Positions 8,761-17,486 of a stretch of DNA of 64,000 nucleotides are shown piece by piece. The stretch lies in IMG/VR virus record IMGVR_UViG_3300005683_000038, positions 7,465 to 71,464 of that record, one strand, 5' to 3'. The DNA is from a virus. Taxonomy: Duplodnaviria; Caudoviricetes. The translations under genes were made by a program, and so were the position numbers. The number at the start of each line of letters is the position of its first letter. The first letter of the stretch is position 1. The notes below the pieces were generated by a model that had not been told where the DNA came from, did no database searches, and saw only the letters and a program-made list of their open reading frames with translations.

Positions 8761-9855
8761 TTATTCCTCGAACTGAATCAGCCGGCCTTGTTCTTCAATC
8801 ATTCCGGACATGGCTTCCCGGATCGTGGCGAAGCGTTTGCGGGCTTCCTCGCGAACGTTGGGGAAATCGCGCAAGGCTTGCGCCTTGAGCTTGCTATTGC
8901 CCTGCTGGTCAATCAGCGCGGCGCGGGCCTGCGCAATTACCTGTGTCATGCGCTCGTCACCGAACATGTTGCGGCTGTCGAACGTGTTCAGAAACTCCAT
9001 GACGTTGCCTATCATGGAATCCCGGAACACCTTGGGCTTTTCACCGGGCGCCGTGGTCAGCCGGTCTTCGGCGTGCTTGATTAGGTCAAGAAACTCCGTG
9101 CGCAATGCCTGTTCGATCTGTTGCGCGGCGTCCTCCATGCGGCGTTTGAATTTCTCCTGAGCTTCGGCCTTGAGTGCGTCCGGGATATTCTCCGGGACAG
9201 AGAGCGCCATCCAATACCATTCCACATTAAACGTTGCTTGGAGCGCTTCCGCTTCGGGGTAATCCGCTTCCCGGAATAGCGGCCCAAGTCCGCCTTCCTT
9301 AACGCTCTGGCGGGCGCGTTCGATGTCTTCCGGATAGCCTTTAATGAAGTCGGCAAGCTCGTTGTTCTGGATGGCCTGCCAGCCGTCGCGAATCATAACT
9401 TCAACCTCGGCAACGCTCTCCTGCTTGCAGACGAACATGCCAGATCGGAAATAGCTTGGCATGGCCTTGGACTCAACGCGCTTTTTCAACTGGTTCATGG
9501 CCGCGCGCAAGCGGTCGTAGTTCTTGGAGCGGATAAGGGTCTTTGTGGACTTCACCCGGTCTGAGGCAAGGAACACTGCCGGCTCGGCCTTGAGTTCCAA
9601 GGCTTCGCTGCCGTCGCTTTCGCCGGCTTCCGCCTTGGCCTTGGCCTCGGCCCGGGCGGCTTTCAGGTCGTTGATGTACTGCTCCAGCGCTTTCACGTCG
9701 CTGACTTTGACGCTGTTTCCCCAGCGGGAAAGCGTGATGGCAAAAAGAACCGTCGAGCGGAACTTTTCGAGGTTAATGACTGTCACCTTGCCCCGCTTGG
9801 GGGCGGCAACGGGGTTCGCGGGCGTAGTGCCCGGAAGTGTGTCTTGTTCTGGCAT
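8761..9855 (-). CDS. DUF3150-like protein
   Basis: ITLSRWG..KV, ADYP, FRDSMIGNVMEFLNTF..RN pattern; next to DUF2997/DUF1257/AAA genes. Confidence 0.6.
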   Translation of the reverse strand: MPEQDTLPGTTPANPVAAPKRGKVTVINLEKFRSTVLFAITLSRWGNSVKVSDVKALEQYINDLKAARAEAKAKAEAGESDGSEALELKAEPAVFLASDRVKSTKTLIRSKNYDRLRAAMNQLKKRVESKAMPSYFRSGMFVCKQESVAEVEVMIRDGWQAIQNNELADFIKGYPEDIERARQSVKEGGLGPLFREADYPEAEALQATFNVEWYWMALSVPENIPDALKAEAQEKFKRRMEDAAQQIEQALRTEFLDLIKHAEDRLTTAPGEKPKVFRDSMIGNVMEFLNTFDSRNMFGDERMTQVIAQARAALIDQQGNSKLKAQALRDFPNVREEARKRFATIREAMSGMIEEQGRLIQFEE

Positions 9856-9897
9856 GGTCTTGTTTCTCCTGTTGGTTTGTTTGTGGTTTAACTGCGG

Positions 9898-10104
9898 TTA
9901 GTGATGCAAGTGGTCATGTCCGTGCTCGTGGCTATGCAGGCCAAGCGTGCCGTGTTTGTGCTTGGCTTCCACCTTGCCCCCGGCAAGGCGTGCGCTTTCA
10001 CGCATGAACTGTTCAGCGCTCAAATGGTTGGCGGCGCTGATGCGGTTGGTTTCGGATTTGATCGTGCCATCGGGCAGGATCGTGATTTTAACTTGGTCGG
10101 CCAT
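9898..10104 (-). CDS. DUF2997-like small protein with His-rich tail
   Basis: KITILPDGTIKSET start; C-terminal HKH..LHSHEHGHDHLHH. Confidence 0.7.
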   Translation of the reverse strand: MADQVKITILPDGTIKSETNRISAANHLSAEQFMRESARLAGGKVEAKHKHGTLGLHSHEHGHDHLHH

Positions 10105-10111
10105 AAAAGGA

Positions 10112-10417
10112 TTATCGTTTTACCATGACGTATTCATTTTGCTTCCCCGGCACGGGATTAAGCTGCCAGCCGTTTTTCTTCGCCGTCTGCCTGACTACCT
10201 GCGTCGAGTAAGCCCGTTTCAATTCGTTGACTTCCCGGTTGCGGTTGAACTGGCCAACGCCGGTCTTGCAATTGAGCGATTCGTTGCCGAAAAAAATGGT
10301 GTGCCCGTCGCTATGCAAGCGCGGGGACAGTCCCAATTCGGTGAGTGCGGCCAGCATCGTCGGCGGGTCGCATTTGTCGAGGGCGACTCCTACGAGCCGC
10401 AAAGTGTCACACGGCAC
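10112..10417 (-). CDS. DUF1257/Ycf35-like protein
   Basis: LAALTELG...LKRAYS..VVRQTAKKNGW; context. Confidence 0.7.
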   Translation of the reverse strand: MPCDTLRLVGVALDKCDPPTMLAALTELGLSPRLHSDGHTIFFGNESLNCKTGVGQFNRNREVNELKRAYSTQVVRQTAKKNGWQLNPVPGKQNEYVMVKR

Positions 10418-10468
10418 CTTGCCCTCCCTTGCTCCGTTTTTGGTATTCTTTCATATATCGTTTCAACA

Positions 10469-11977
10469 TCAAGCGAGGGTGAGCGCGCGGCCAAGGTCAA
10501 GCGCTTTGGTTGTGTCGGTTTCTTGGTTGTAAATTCCCACCGTTGCGGCGGAGATAAAGCGCCCGCTGGCCTCACTGCGCAACGCCTCCATTTTCGCCGT
10601 ATTGGCGCGGGCCACGGGCACCACGGACTTGGCGGCGTCCAGCAGGCTGCAATTGAACAGCCAAGCACGATGACAGCAGGATTCGATTTCACGGCCAACC
10701 CAGCGCCGGGCGTCGGGCTGCGGATCGCTGGCGGGAATCTCATAGCGCTTGCGGTAAAGCTGCCAGAGCGCGGCGGCTTCCTCAGTGGTCGGGTAATCGT
10801 AGAAGAATACCCCCAGCTTGAAGCGGGAAAGAATTTCCGGCGTGAGATTGGCCAAGCTGTTACACGTCGCAATCAGGAGCGTGCTTTCCTGCGTCACGCT
10901 GTCAACGGTGCGCAGGAGCTTCCGCATGTTCTGCTCCGACTCGCCAACGAGCGAGCCTTTGACCGTGGACATGCTGCCACGCAAAAGGGGAACTTGTGCC
11001 TCACCGGCAACGCAAGCGGCGGTGTGCGACTTGCCAGCGCCGGGGATACCCAGCAACAGGACGGCCATGACTTTCTTCGCTTCCGTCCAGTAAAGAAATT
11101 GTTCGATCATAGCTTGCGACGTGCCGCTAAGATCACCGCCACCGCCGGCAATCATCTTTTCGATTTCGTCCAAAAAGAACACGCCGCGAAAGCGCTGCCG
11201 GCCTTTGATGAGTCGCCCGAAAAAGTCTTTCGCGCCGAACGTGCCGGCCAAGTCCTTGAACGTCGTTTCCGGCTGGCTGATTTCCAAGCCGGCGGTGTTC
11301 TTCAGGCTGGCCACTTTCAATTCCCACAAGCGCCGGGTATTTATGCCTTCCTTGGTCGTGGCCAGCGCCAAGCTTTGCTCAATGGCAAAGAGGGACAAGT
11401 AACCGGTCAACGTGTCCGTGATGCGCACGCGTTCCTCGGGGCTGGGTTCGGGGTAATCGGCCTTGGCTTTGCGTGCGTCGGCAAGGGCGCCGTCAATCTT
11501 GGCGGCAATGTCGCCAGCGGTCGGGGCGGGTTCTTCAAACACGGGTACGTCGTTGGCCAATTCCGGGGGCATGGGTAGCGCCGGCCCCAGCAAAATCAAC
11601 GTGGTGCCAACGGCCTTGAGCGGGTCGCGACAATTCCAAAACGCTTGGAGGGCGGTGTAATCCCGAAAGGCGGCTTGCGCGTTGTGAATGAAGATGGAAC
11701 AGCGCTGCGGCTGCTTCTTGGCAATGAGGTCCAGACAGGCAACCAAGTTTTGCGTCTCTGCCGGATCGCCGATTTCCTTGGCGACTTCGGCGGCGGCTTT
11801 TTCGATGGGGGTCAAGCCTTGGATGCAATCCCACTGGAGGAAATAGTCCGGACGCCCGTTGCGCGTGGCGCCGCAACTGCGAATGGTGGCTGCCGGGTCG
11901 GCGGTTTCCACGGCAATGATGGGCACGCCCAGATTGCGCGCCTGCTTGAATGGGTGTTCTTTGAATGTTGTTTGCAT
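10469..11977 (-). CDS. Ycf46-like AAA+ ATPase with permuted Walker motifs
   Basis: TFKDLAG, FFLDEIEK (res 267-274), GIPGAGKS (res 310-317), SLVGESEQNMR, LIATCN, SRF. Confidence 0.9.
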   Translation of the reverse strand: MQTTFKEHPFKQARNLGVPIIAVETADPAATIRSCGATRNGRPDYFLQWDCIQGLTPIEKAAAEVAKEIGDPAETQNLVACLDLIAKKQPQRCSIFIHNAQAAFRDYTALQAFWNCRDPLKAVGTTLILLGPALPMPPELANDVPVFEEPAPTAGDIAAKIDGALADARKAKADYPEPSPEERVRITDTLTGYLSLFAIEQSLALATTKEGINTRRLWELKVASLKNTAGLEISQPETTFKDLAGTFGAKDFFGRLIKGRQRFRGVFFLDEIEKMIAGGGGDLSGTSQAMIEQFLYWTEAKKVMAVLLLGIPGAGKSHTAACVAGEAQVPLLRGSMSTVKGSLVGESEQNMRKLLRTVDSVTQESTLLIATCNSLANLTPEILSRFKLGVFFYDYPTTEEAAALWQLYRKRYEIPASDPQPDARRWVGREIESCCHRAWLFNCSLLDAAKSVVPVARANTAKMEALRSEASGRFISAATVGIYNQETDTTKALDLGRALTLA

Positions 11978-12073
11978 GGTCTTGATTTACTCGGTTTCGT
12001 GTTGTCAATCGCGGGCAGGAAAACGCCCGCTGCCAGATATACTAGCAACGGGCTTGATGGTGTCAAGGATGGA

Positions 12074-12232
12074 TTAGGGCTTACGGCTGGTGTTCTTGGT
12101 TTTTGCTGGTTTGCCTTTGGCTTTGGCCAAGCCGTAACGGATGAGGTTCACGGCTGCCGGCGCGGTGAAGATCGCAAGGCCAAGCAAGGCGCCGCTGGCC
12201 TGCTCGTGGTGGTGGTGGTCGGGGTTAATCAT
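12074..12232 (-). CDS. Small hypothetical protein with one hydrophobic segment
   Basis: ATGA coupling; MINPDHHHHEQ... Confidence 0.45.
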   Translation of the reverse strand: MINPDHHHHEQASGALLGLAIFTAPAAVNLIRYGLAKAKGKPAKTKNTSRKP

Positions 12233-12435
12233 GGTCGAAGCTCCTCTTTTCCGCACAGAATACAGCGCCGCGTGAATTTGCGGATTTGCCATCGGTGCCG
12301 TTCTGGATCGCAAAGCGTTCGCCGCAATGGTCGCTTGTTCGGGTAAACTTTCGGCGGCGTTTGCGCGCTGGCCAGTGAATCAGCTTCTAGTTTGTGAGCG
12401 GCAATGTTCTTGCGGGTGCGAAATGGTTTATTCAC
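12229..12435 (-). CDS. Small hypothetical protein, possible Zn ribbon (C..H..C..C)
   Basis: GTG start overlapping upstream stop; coupled downstream. Confidence 0.4.
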   Translation of the reverse strand: MNKPFRTRKNIAAHKLEADSLASAQTPPKVYPNKRPLRRTLCDPERHRWQIRKFTRRCILCGKEELRP

Positions 12436-12580
12436 GGGCACCGTCCTCCGCGTTGTGTTGGTGGGTGACAATTTCGCGACAGGCTTCCGCGATGGCAAAG
12501 GCGATGTAGAGAACGAAAAACGCCACGGCGCCGGCAATGAAGCCAAGCCAGAATTCGAGCGTGCAAAGAATGGCAATCAT
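12428..12580 (-). CDS. 50-aa single-pass membrane protein (below ORF-track cutoff)
   Basis: Manual translation MIAILCTLEFWLGFIAGAVAFFVLYIAFAIAEACREIVTHQHNAEDGARE; ATGA coupling. Confidence 0.55.
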   Translation of the reverse strand: MIAILCTLEFWLGFIAGAVAFFVLYIAFAIAEACREIVTHQHNAEDGARE

Positions 12581-12819
12581 GGGAACAGGCTGATTTGATG
12601 TTGTTGGTTGTACGCTTCCCGGTTGGCTTTGGTGTCCGTGGACGCAGTCTTCGCGACGCGTTCACCGGAAAGATTGAATGGCTGCGCGGGGAGTTCCCGC
12701 ACGGTGAATTGCTGGCGCACGTATCCGTACCCTTTGCAGGCCGGACAGGTCGCGCCGTGTTTGATGCGGGCCCCTTCGCAAGTGGGGCAGGTTAATCGGG
12801 CAGAGTCTTTGCGTTTCAT
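12577..12819 (-). CDS. Small DnaJ-type Zn-finger protein
   Basis: CPTCEG and CPACKGYG. Confidence 0.65.
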   Translation of the reverse strand: MKRKDSARLTCPTCEGARIKHGATCPACKGYGYVRQQFTVRELPAQPFNLSGERVAKTASTDTKANREAYNQQHQISLFP

Positions 12820-13028
12820 GGTGTTGGCGTGTTTGGGCGTGGGCAGGGTGGAAGACAGCAAATGTTTCCGGTGTAGCTGATAAGCTGACCGTGGCTTTCG
12901 AGGATTTCACCCTTGTCCGTTTTGAATCGGCAATGCATGGCGGACGGCTCCAGCATGGAAAATTCCACAATGGAAAAGCAGCGTCGCGAGCTTTCGCCGT
13001 CGAGAATCAGGAGTGCGGTTTCGTTCAT
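12816..13028 (-). CDS. Hypothetical protein
   Basis: ATGA coupling on both sides. Confidence 0.5.
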   Translation of the reverse strand: MNETALLILDGESSRRCFSIVEFSMLEPSAMHCRFKTDKGEILESHGQLISYTGNICCLPPCPRPNTPTP

Positions 13029-13213
13029 GGCGTTACACCGGTTAAGGTTTGGCGTTCGGCTCGGTAGAAGCGTGTGAAGCGCTCGCGCAACGTGCGCCCG
13101 TATTGGCGGGGCAAGTGGCCGCAGTGCTCGGCGCACGCGGCAGCACGGATCACGGCCCGGCGGCGTTCGTCCTGTTCGGGTGACAGGCGCAAGTTTCCGG
13201 TCAGGGATTTCAT
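13025..13213 (-). CDS. Hypothetical protein
   Basis: ATGA coupling on both sides. Confidence 0.5.
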   Translation of the reverse strand: MKSLTGNLRLSPEQDERRRAVIRAAACAEHCGHLPRQYGRTLRERFTRFYRAERQTLTGVTP

Positions 13214-13536
13214 GGTGTTGGGCTTTCGACAAATATCCAGACGGTGGGGGTATAGCTGCGGCCATAAAGATCGTTCTTTGCGCGCAAGTTGCGGCTCAGA
13301 ACTTTCACGGTGCGAAAGGCGAGTTTGCGCGCCTTGGCTTCGGCAACGATGAGCTTGCGCTCGCCGTGTTCGCTGTTTGGGTATTCGATTTGATCGCGCC
13401 AGCCGTTTTTTGTCACGTCCACGCCAGAGCGTTCTTTCGTGAGGAATGGCTTTTGGCCGATATGTCCACCGATTACAGGCAGCAATCGCTTTCCGTTCGG
13501 CAGGGTGATTTCGTCGGGCAGGTAGGTTTTAAGCAT
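13210..13536 (-). CDS. Hypothetical protein (start at MLKTY)
   Basis: Avoids overlap with the 13589 gene. Confidence 0.55.
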   Translation of the reverse strand: MLKTYLPDEITLPNGKRLLPVIGGHIGQKPFLTKERSGVDVTKNGWRDQIEYPNSEHGERKLIVAEAKARKLAFRTVKVLSRNLRAKNDLYGRSYTPTVWIFVESPTP

Positions 13537-13588
13537 GGATTGAATGCCCGGCTTAGTGTCCCCGCCGGGCGTTGGTGGTTGCGGTTGG

Positions 13589-14035
13589 TTAATTCGTCGG
13601 GTCGGGCTGGCCTTGGTCCGGGTCGGGCTGTCGTTGGTTGGCCGTCCGCACGGCGAGCGCAAAGGCGTTCTGCGCGTCGAGGAACAACGTTTGAGCCTCG
13701 GCAAGTTGACGCTCCGCGCCTTTGACATACAGCGCGGCGTTGCGCTGCTCGTGAAGCAGCCAAGCGCACTCGCCATTGGGAAGCTGGCCCAAGCTTTCGC
13801 TGTCACACCAAGCGGAGGTCTGGCCGTCAACGTGGGCGTAACGCCAGCCGTCCTCAAATCGGAGCATGAAGACACCGCCAGAGCGGAGCGGGCCGGCGCT
13901 ATCGGCTACGGGAACGATCTCGCGGGCACCCCACGCCCAAAACAGGGCTTCCGGGCTTTTGCCGCGCAATAGGGCCCAGCGGGTGCCGTCTTCGCGCATA
14001 TCGGGCGGCAATGGTTGTTTTTGCTGTGTGTTCAT
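13589..14035 (-). CDS. Hypothetical protein with C-terminal coiled coil
   Basis: ORF in operon orientation. Confidence 0.55.
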   Translation of the reverse strand: MNTQQKQPLPPDMREDGTRWALLRGKSPEALFWAWGAREIVPVADSAGPLRSGGVFMLRFEDGWRYAHVDGQTSAWCDSESLGQLPNGECAWLLHEQRNAALYVKGAERQLAEAQTLFLDAQNAFALAVRTANQRQPDPDQGQPDPTN

Positions 14036-14071
14036 AGTCTTGGCGATTGGTTTTCTGGTTTCGTCCGCTGG

Positions 14072-14251
14072 TTATTCAACGACTTCGATGGTGACGCGAA
14101 CTTTCTTCGCCGTGTTGATCGCCGGGAAAGTCCGGTTGACGTACACATTCGAGAGCGCCTGCGGGGCGCCCTGCGTCTTCGGGGTGTCAAAGCGGACACT
14201 CCCGCCGCATTGCTTCGTTTCGGTGAGTTCAACGACAATCTTCTTTTCCAT
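14072..14251 (-). CDS. Small beta-rich hypothetical protein
   Basis: MEKKIVVELTETK...KKVRVTIEVVE. Confidence 0.55.
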   Translation of the reverse strand: MEKKIVVELTETKQCGGSVRFDTPKTQGAPQALSNVYVNRTFPAINTAKKVRVTIEVVE

Positions 14252-14335
14252 AGGTCTTTCGGTGTTGTTCTGCGGGTTGGTTTGACTCCCGCCCGTTGCC
14301 TCTGCTGTCACCAGAGGCAAGCGGCGGCGGTCGGA

Positions 14336-14689
14336 TCAACCGCGATTCTTTACCCACTGGCGCACGCGGCGCACGTTCGGCCTAAGTCCTTCCGCTCCCC
14401 ATTGAATGGGCAGGCGTTCCGGGTAAACGGCAAGGATGACCGTGAGTGCGGCCCAGTAATCAACTTCGGCCCGCTTGGGGTCGGTGGGGATCAACACGCC
14501 GCTCGCGGCAATGAGTTGAACTTCGGAGTCTGTGAGCTTGTCCCAATTGTGGAGGGCAGAGCTTTGGATGTCTTCGGCAATGCCGGTGGCAGCATGGTGA
14601 ACGCCCGCCGCAAAGGCGGCGCGCAAGCGGGCGCGGTCTTGGTGGGTAAACGTGGCTGGCTGGTTTGGTGTCTTTGGTGTCTTCTTCAT
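14336..14689 (-). CDS. Hypothetical protein
   Basis: First ORF after the 14.7-15.7 kb gap; CA-rich leader. Confidence 0.6.
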   Translation of the reverse strand: MKKTPKTPNQPATFTHQDRARLRAAFAAGVHHAATGIAEDIQSSALHNWDKLTDSEVQLIAASGVLIPTDPKRAEVDYWAALTVILAVYPERLPIQWGAEGLRPNVRRVRQWVKNRG

Positions 14690-15582
14690 GGTGTCATGTG
14701 GTTTGTTCTGCGGTGGTTGTTGGTTAAATGGAGTTGGCGCGGATAAATGCCTTGCGGGCTTGGCGCCATGGCACGCCCTGCTGTTTCATGGTCGTCATAC
14801 TCTCTTTTCCTCTGTCTTGGTTGTTGTCTCAAACCCCGCCCACATCAGGCAGGACAGGCGCACTCATAGCAAAGAACCCCATTGTTAGTCAAGTCAGAAC
14901 TGGAAAAGCGATTGCGCTGGATGGGGGTGGAGGGGGAAGGGAAAGGGTTGAGCGTGACTTTTTCTTCTCGCTCTTTGAGGCTTAGAATCATGCTGGAGCA
15001 AGCGATACAGGAGATGATTCAAGAGGGATGCTATAGCGATGTAATCGGCGGTGATTTGATTCTGACGGGGTGTGGTGAAGGGCTGCTTCGAAGCGTTCTT
15101 CTATGCACCGGTCTGTGATCGGCGAGAGGACTCAGGGAAAACGAAGTTGGATTCCAGCTAGGTACAAGCCAACTGTTGCGACAGATAGCTTGTTTTGCGA
15201 GCTTCCGCCATGCTGCATCAATCACCGTAGGAGAATGGTAAATTGGGATGCTGGGGCACTGGTGGCACGGAAGCTACCTTAATATGAAAGACGTACCGCA
15301 ATGACGCGGTGAGATTGGCACACCTTAACCATCGGAAGCCAAGGGCGATTGTGACGCTGCCCGGTCAATCATGCTGTGTCGCGCGTTACGATCCGCACTG
15401 GCAGAACGCGGATTATGCGACACATCTTTAAGCCAGCCGGTTTGTTAATCACGCTGGCCGTGTTTGGGTGCGATTACCTGTTTATCTGCCTGCGCAGGGC
15501 TGAAGCAATATCAGTCGGCACCTTTGGCGTTTCGGCATTGTGGGTAGCGGTGTTGGCGCTGGTGGGTGGTTGGGGACGGTAC

Positions 15583-15614
15583 AAAAAGCGACCCGGGGCT
15601 TTGCGGCCCCGGGT
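15583..15614 (-). terminator. Rho-independent terminator of the 26.3-15.7 kb transcript
   Basis: 9-bp stem ACCCGGGGC/GCCCCGGGT followed by CGCTTTTT on the minus strand. Confidence 0.6.
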
Positions 15615-15764
15615 TGGAGTTGTTTGTGAGACTGGCTCCACACTCTGGCTGACGCCTGAAAAGACGCCCGAAAAGACGCCCGCCATATCCTTTGAGTCTT
15701 CGAGTGACGATTCACCAATCTCACGCGAGCATCTGTAACGCGAGACGGCAATTCTGTCAACCGG

Positions 15765-16049
15765 TTATTTTTCTTCCCGGAGCAATGGACACCAATGGGG
15801 CTGTTTGGCGAACAGGCTCTTGCCGATCATGCGGCCATGTTTGGCCATTCCTGCGCGCAGTTCAATTTGCTTTTCCCGTATCTTCGGGTCATCGGATAGC
15901 GGGCTGTCGTTGTTGGCTTCCGGGTGCATACAACACCAGAGGTCCCAGACATTGCCCGGGCCTCCGCGCATTCCGCCTTGGCTTTCAAGGTGCGCGCAGG
16001 GCGAGCATCGGTTTTCGGTGTGTCGCAGGATGGTGAATTTGGTCGGCAT
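15765..16049 (-). CDS. Cys-rich hypothetical protein
   Basis: CxxC, CCxH and WCPL motifs. Confidence 0.55.
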   Translation of the reverse strand: MPTKFTILRHTENRCSPCAHLESQGGMRGGPGNVWDLWCCMHPEANNDSPLSDDPKIREKQIELRAGMAKHGRMIGKSLFAKQPHWCPLLREEK

Positions 16050-16053
16050 AGAT

Positions 16054-16317
16054 TCAGGTTTCAGATGATTTCTCTTTTCCTTTGCCCAAGGCTTGGATCA
16101 AGGCGTCAGCCATCTGGACGCAATACTTTGCGTCTGCCGCGCGCGCCTCGGCCCGCCATGCTTCCACATCTTCCATTCGGCTGTGCGGGCAGTGGCGTTC
16201 GTCGTCTTGGGACAGCAGGCCGGCAAGAGCGGCGCTGGCGAAGTAATCGCGGCGGGTGATGATAACGTCGGATTGGGCGTGCATTAACTTTGGTTGGTAT
16301 TTGGATTTGATGGGCAT
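16054..16317 (-). CDS. Conserved phage hypothetical protein (RDYFA..AL.GLL type)
   Basis: TRRDYFASAALAGLLS...ADALIQAL. Confidence 0.65.
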   Translation of the reverse strand: MPIKSKYQPKLMHAQSDVIITRRDYFASAALAGLLSQDDERHCPHSRMEDVEAWRAEARAADAKYCVQMADALIQALGKGKEKSSET

Positions 16318-16592
16318 GATGGTTTTGATCGGTTGGGTTTGGTTTGGTGATGGTGGTAGTAGCTGGCCATTGCCTTTGGGAAGGTCCGGTTCCAAGCTTC
16401 GGCCTGTTCGCGGCTCATCGGGACGTAGTAATAATTATCTTCGCCCAGATGCGGGAGAGTGTTCTTGATCTCGTATAACGCTTTGAACAGTTCGCTGGCA
16501 AGCTCGCGGCCAAAGGCAATCTCCTGCGCCAAGGCGACGGTGGCAGCCAAGGCGGCGAGACGTTTTAGGAAGGAGCGGTGGGATGGTTTCAT
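16284..16592 (-). CDS. Hypothetical protein with Tat-like N-terminus
   Basis: SHRSFLKRLAALAATVALA. Confidence 0.55.
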   Translation of the reverse strand: MKPSHRSFLKRLAALAATVALAQEIAFGRELASELFKALYEIKNTLPHLGEDNYYYVPMSREQAEAWNRTFPKAMASYYHHHQTKPNRSKPSCPSNPNTNQS

Positions 16593-16945
16593 GGCGCAAT
16601 GTCTCCCGTGCCGAGCTTGGTGTTCTGCGCGCGGGCGATGGTGATGTCAAACTCCCACAGCAGGAAGCACAGCGTCAGGCTGGTGGTTTTGTAGCATCGG
16701 CCAAGCGAATCCTCTGTTGGTGTGTGGACCGACCTCCTCCATTCGTCAAACTCGACCCCAATTGTCCAGCGCCTTGAAATGCAGTTGCGTTCCCAGCGGA
16801 AATGCAGCCGCCATTCCGTGCGGTAGTTGGGCCGGCCATTGGTGCAACGCCACATCACCGGCCCGAGCAGGATATGCGGTATGAACTTCCAGCCGCGCCG
16901 ATAATTGGCGTGGCGTTCAATCAATCCGAATTTGAGGTTTTTCAT
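16589..16945 (-). CDS. Hypothetical Trp-rich protein
   Basis: ATGA coupling. Confidence 0.55.
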   Translation of the reverse strand: MKNLKFGLIERHANYRRGWKFIPHILLGPVMWRCTNGRPNYRTEWRLHFRWERNCISRRWTIGVEFDEWRRSVHTPTEDSLGRCYKTTSLTLCFLLWEFDITIARAQNTKLGTGDIAP

Positions 16946-17430
16946 GGCCGGGTCAATCCGCAGAATTGGAACAGTTCCAACAGGACATTGAAGTCCGCGC
17001 CGTTGTTGGGGTCACACAGCAACAGCCGCGAACTAAGCTCGGGGTCTTCGTTGAAATCGTGCGCTTCGTCGTCAAGGATGCGGTAGTCGGTGGTTTCCGG
17101 ATGCGCCTTGAGCCAAGCGCGTATCTCCGCGCCCCGGGTTGGAGGCATGTAAATGCCGCCGGGGGAAAGCGGAAGGTCAACCGGTGTGCGCCAGTCGGTT
17201 TTATGAAGGCAATGTACCAGCCCGCCCTCCGCAAGCTTGGCCCGGCACTTGGCGGGAGTGTCGCGCCATGTGCTGGAAATGACGATGTGCGTTCCGTCCT
17301 GATCGCAGCCGCATTGCAGCAGTCGGCACAATACCCGGTCTGGTTCGGCAGCGCTCCAGTTGCGTCCGGTGGCAATCATGGTGCGGCGCGTCAACAACAC
17401 GCCATCAATGTCGAGAAAGATGATCTTCAT
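16942..17430 (-). CDS. HAD-superfamily phosphatase (Swiss-Army-knife RNA-repair type)
   Basis: IFLDIDGVL, IVISSTWR, RGAEI..WL, ILDD. Confidence 0.85.
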   Translation of the reverse strand: MKIIFLDIDGVLLTRRTMIATGRNWSAAEPDRVLCRLLQCGCDQDGTHIVISSTWRDTPAKCRAKLAEGGLVHCLHKTDWRTPVDLPLSPGGIYMPPTRGAEIRAWLKAHPETTDYRILDDEAHDFNEDPELSSRLLLCDPNNGADFNVLLELFQFCGLTRP

Positions 17431-17486
17431 TCGAGTTTGTGCTTATTTGCCCGGTGGCTGTCCCGGGCAAAGGTTGTTGGTTCTGC

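Noticed and set aside
9947-11578. 543-aa plus-strand ORF opposite the AAA module
   Set aside because: No recognisable motif; typical antisense shadow of GC-rich coding sequence, unlike the intein antisense ORF, which has clear domains.
13030-13060. GTTCGGC at a gene junction as another attC
   Set aside because: No L'/L'' or R'' partner, and AAC is not in the coding frame.
15376-15738. Plus-strand membrane-like ORF and overlapping minus-strand ORFs
   Set aside because: Isolated against the operon direction, spans a terminator hairpin, and has no motif support.
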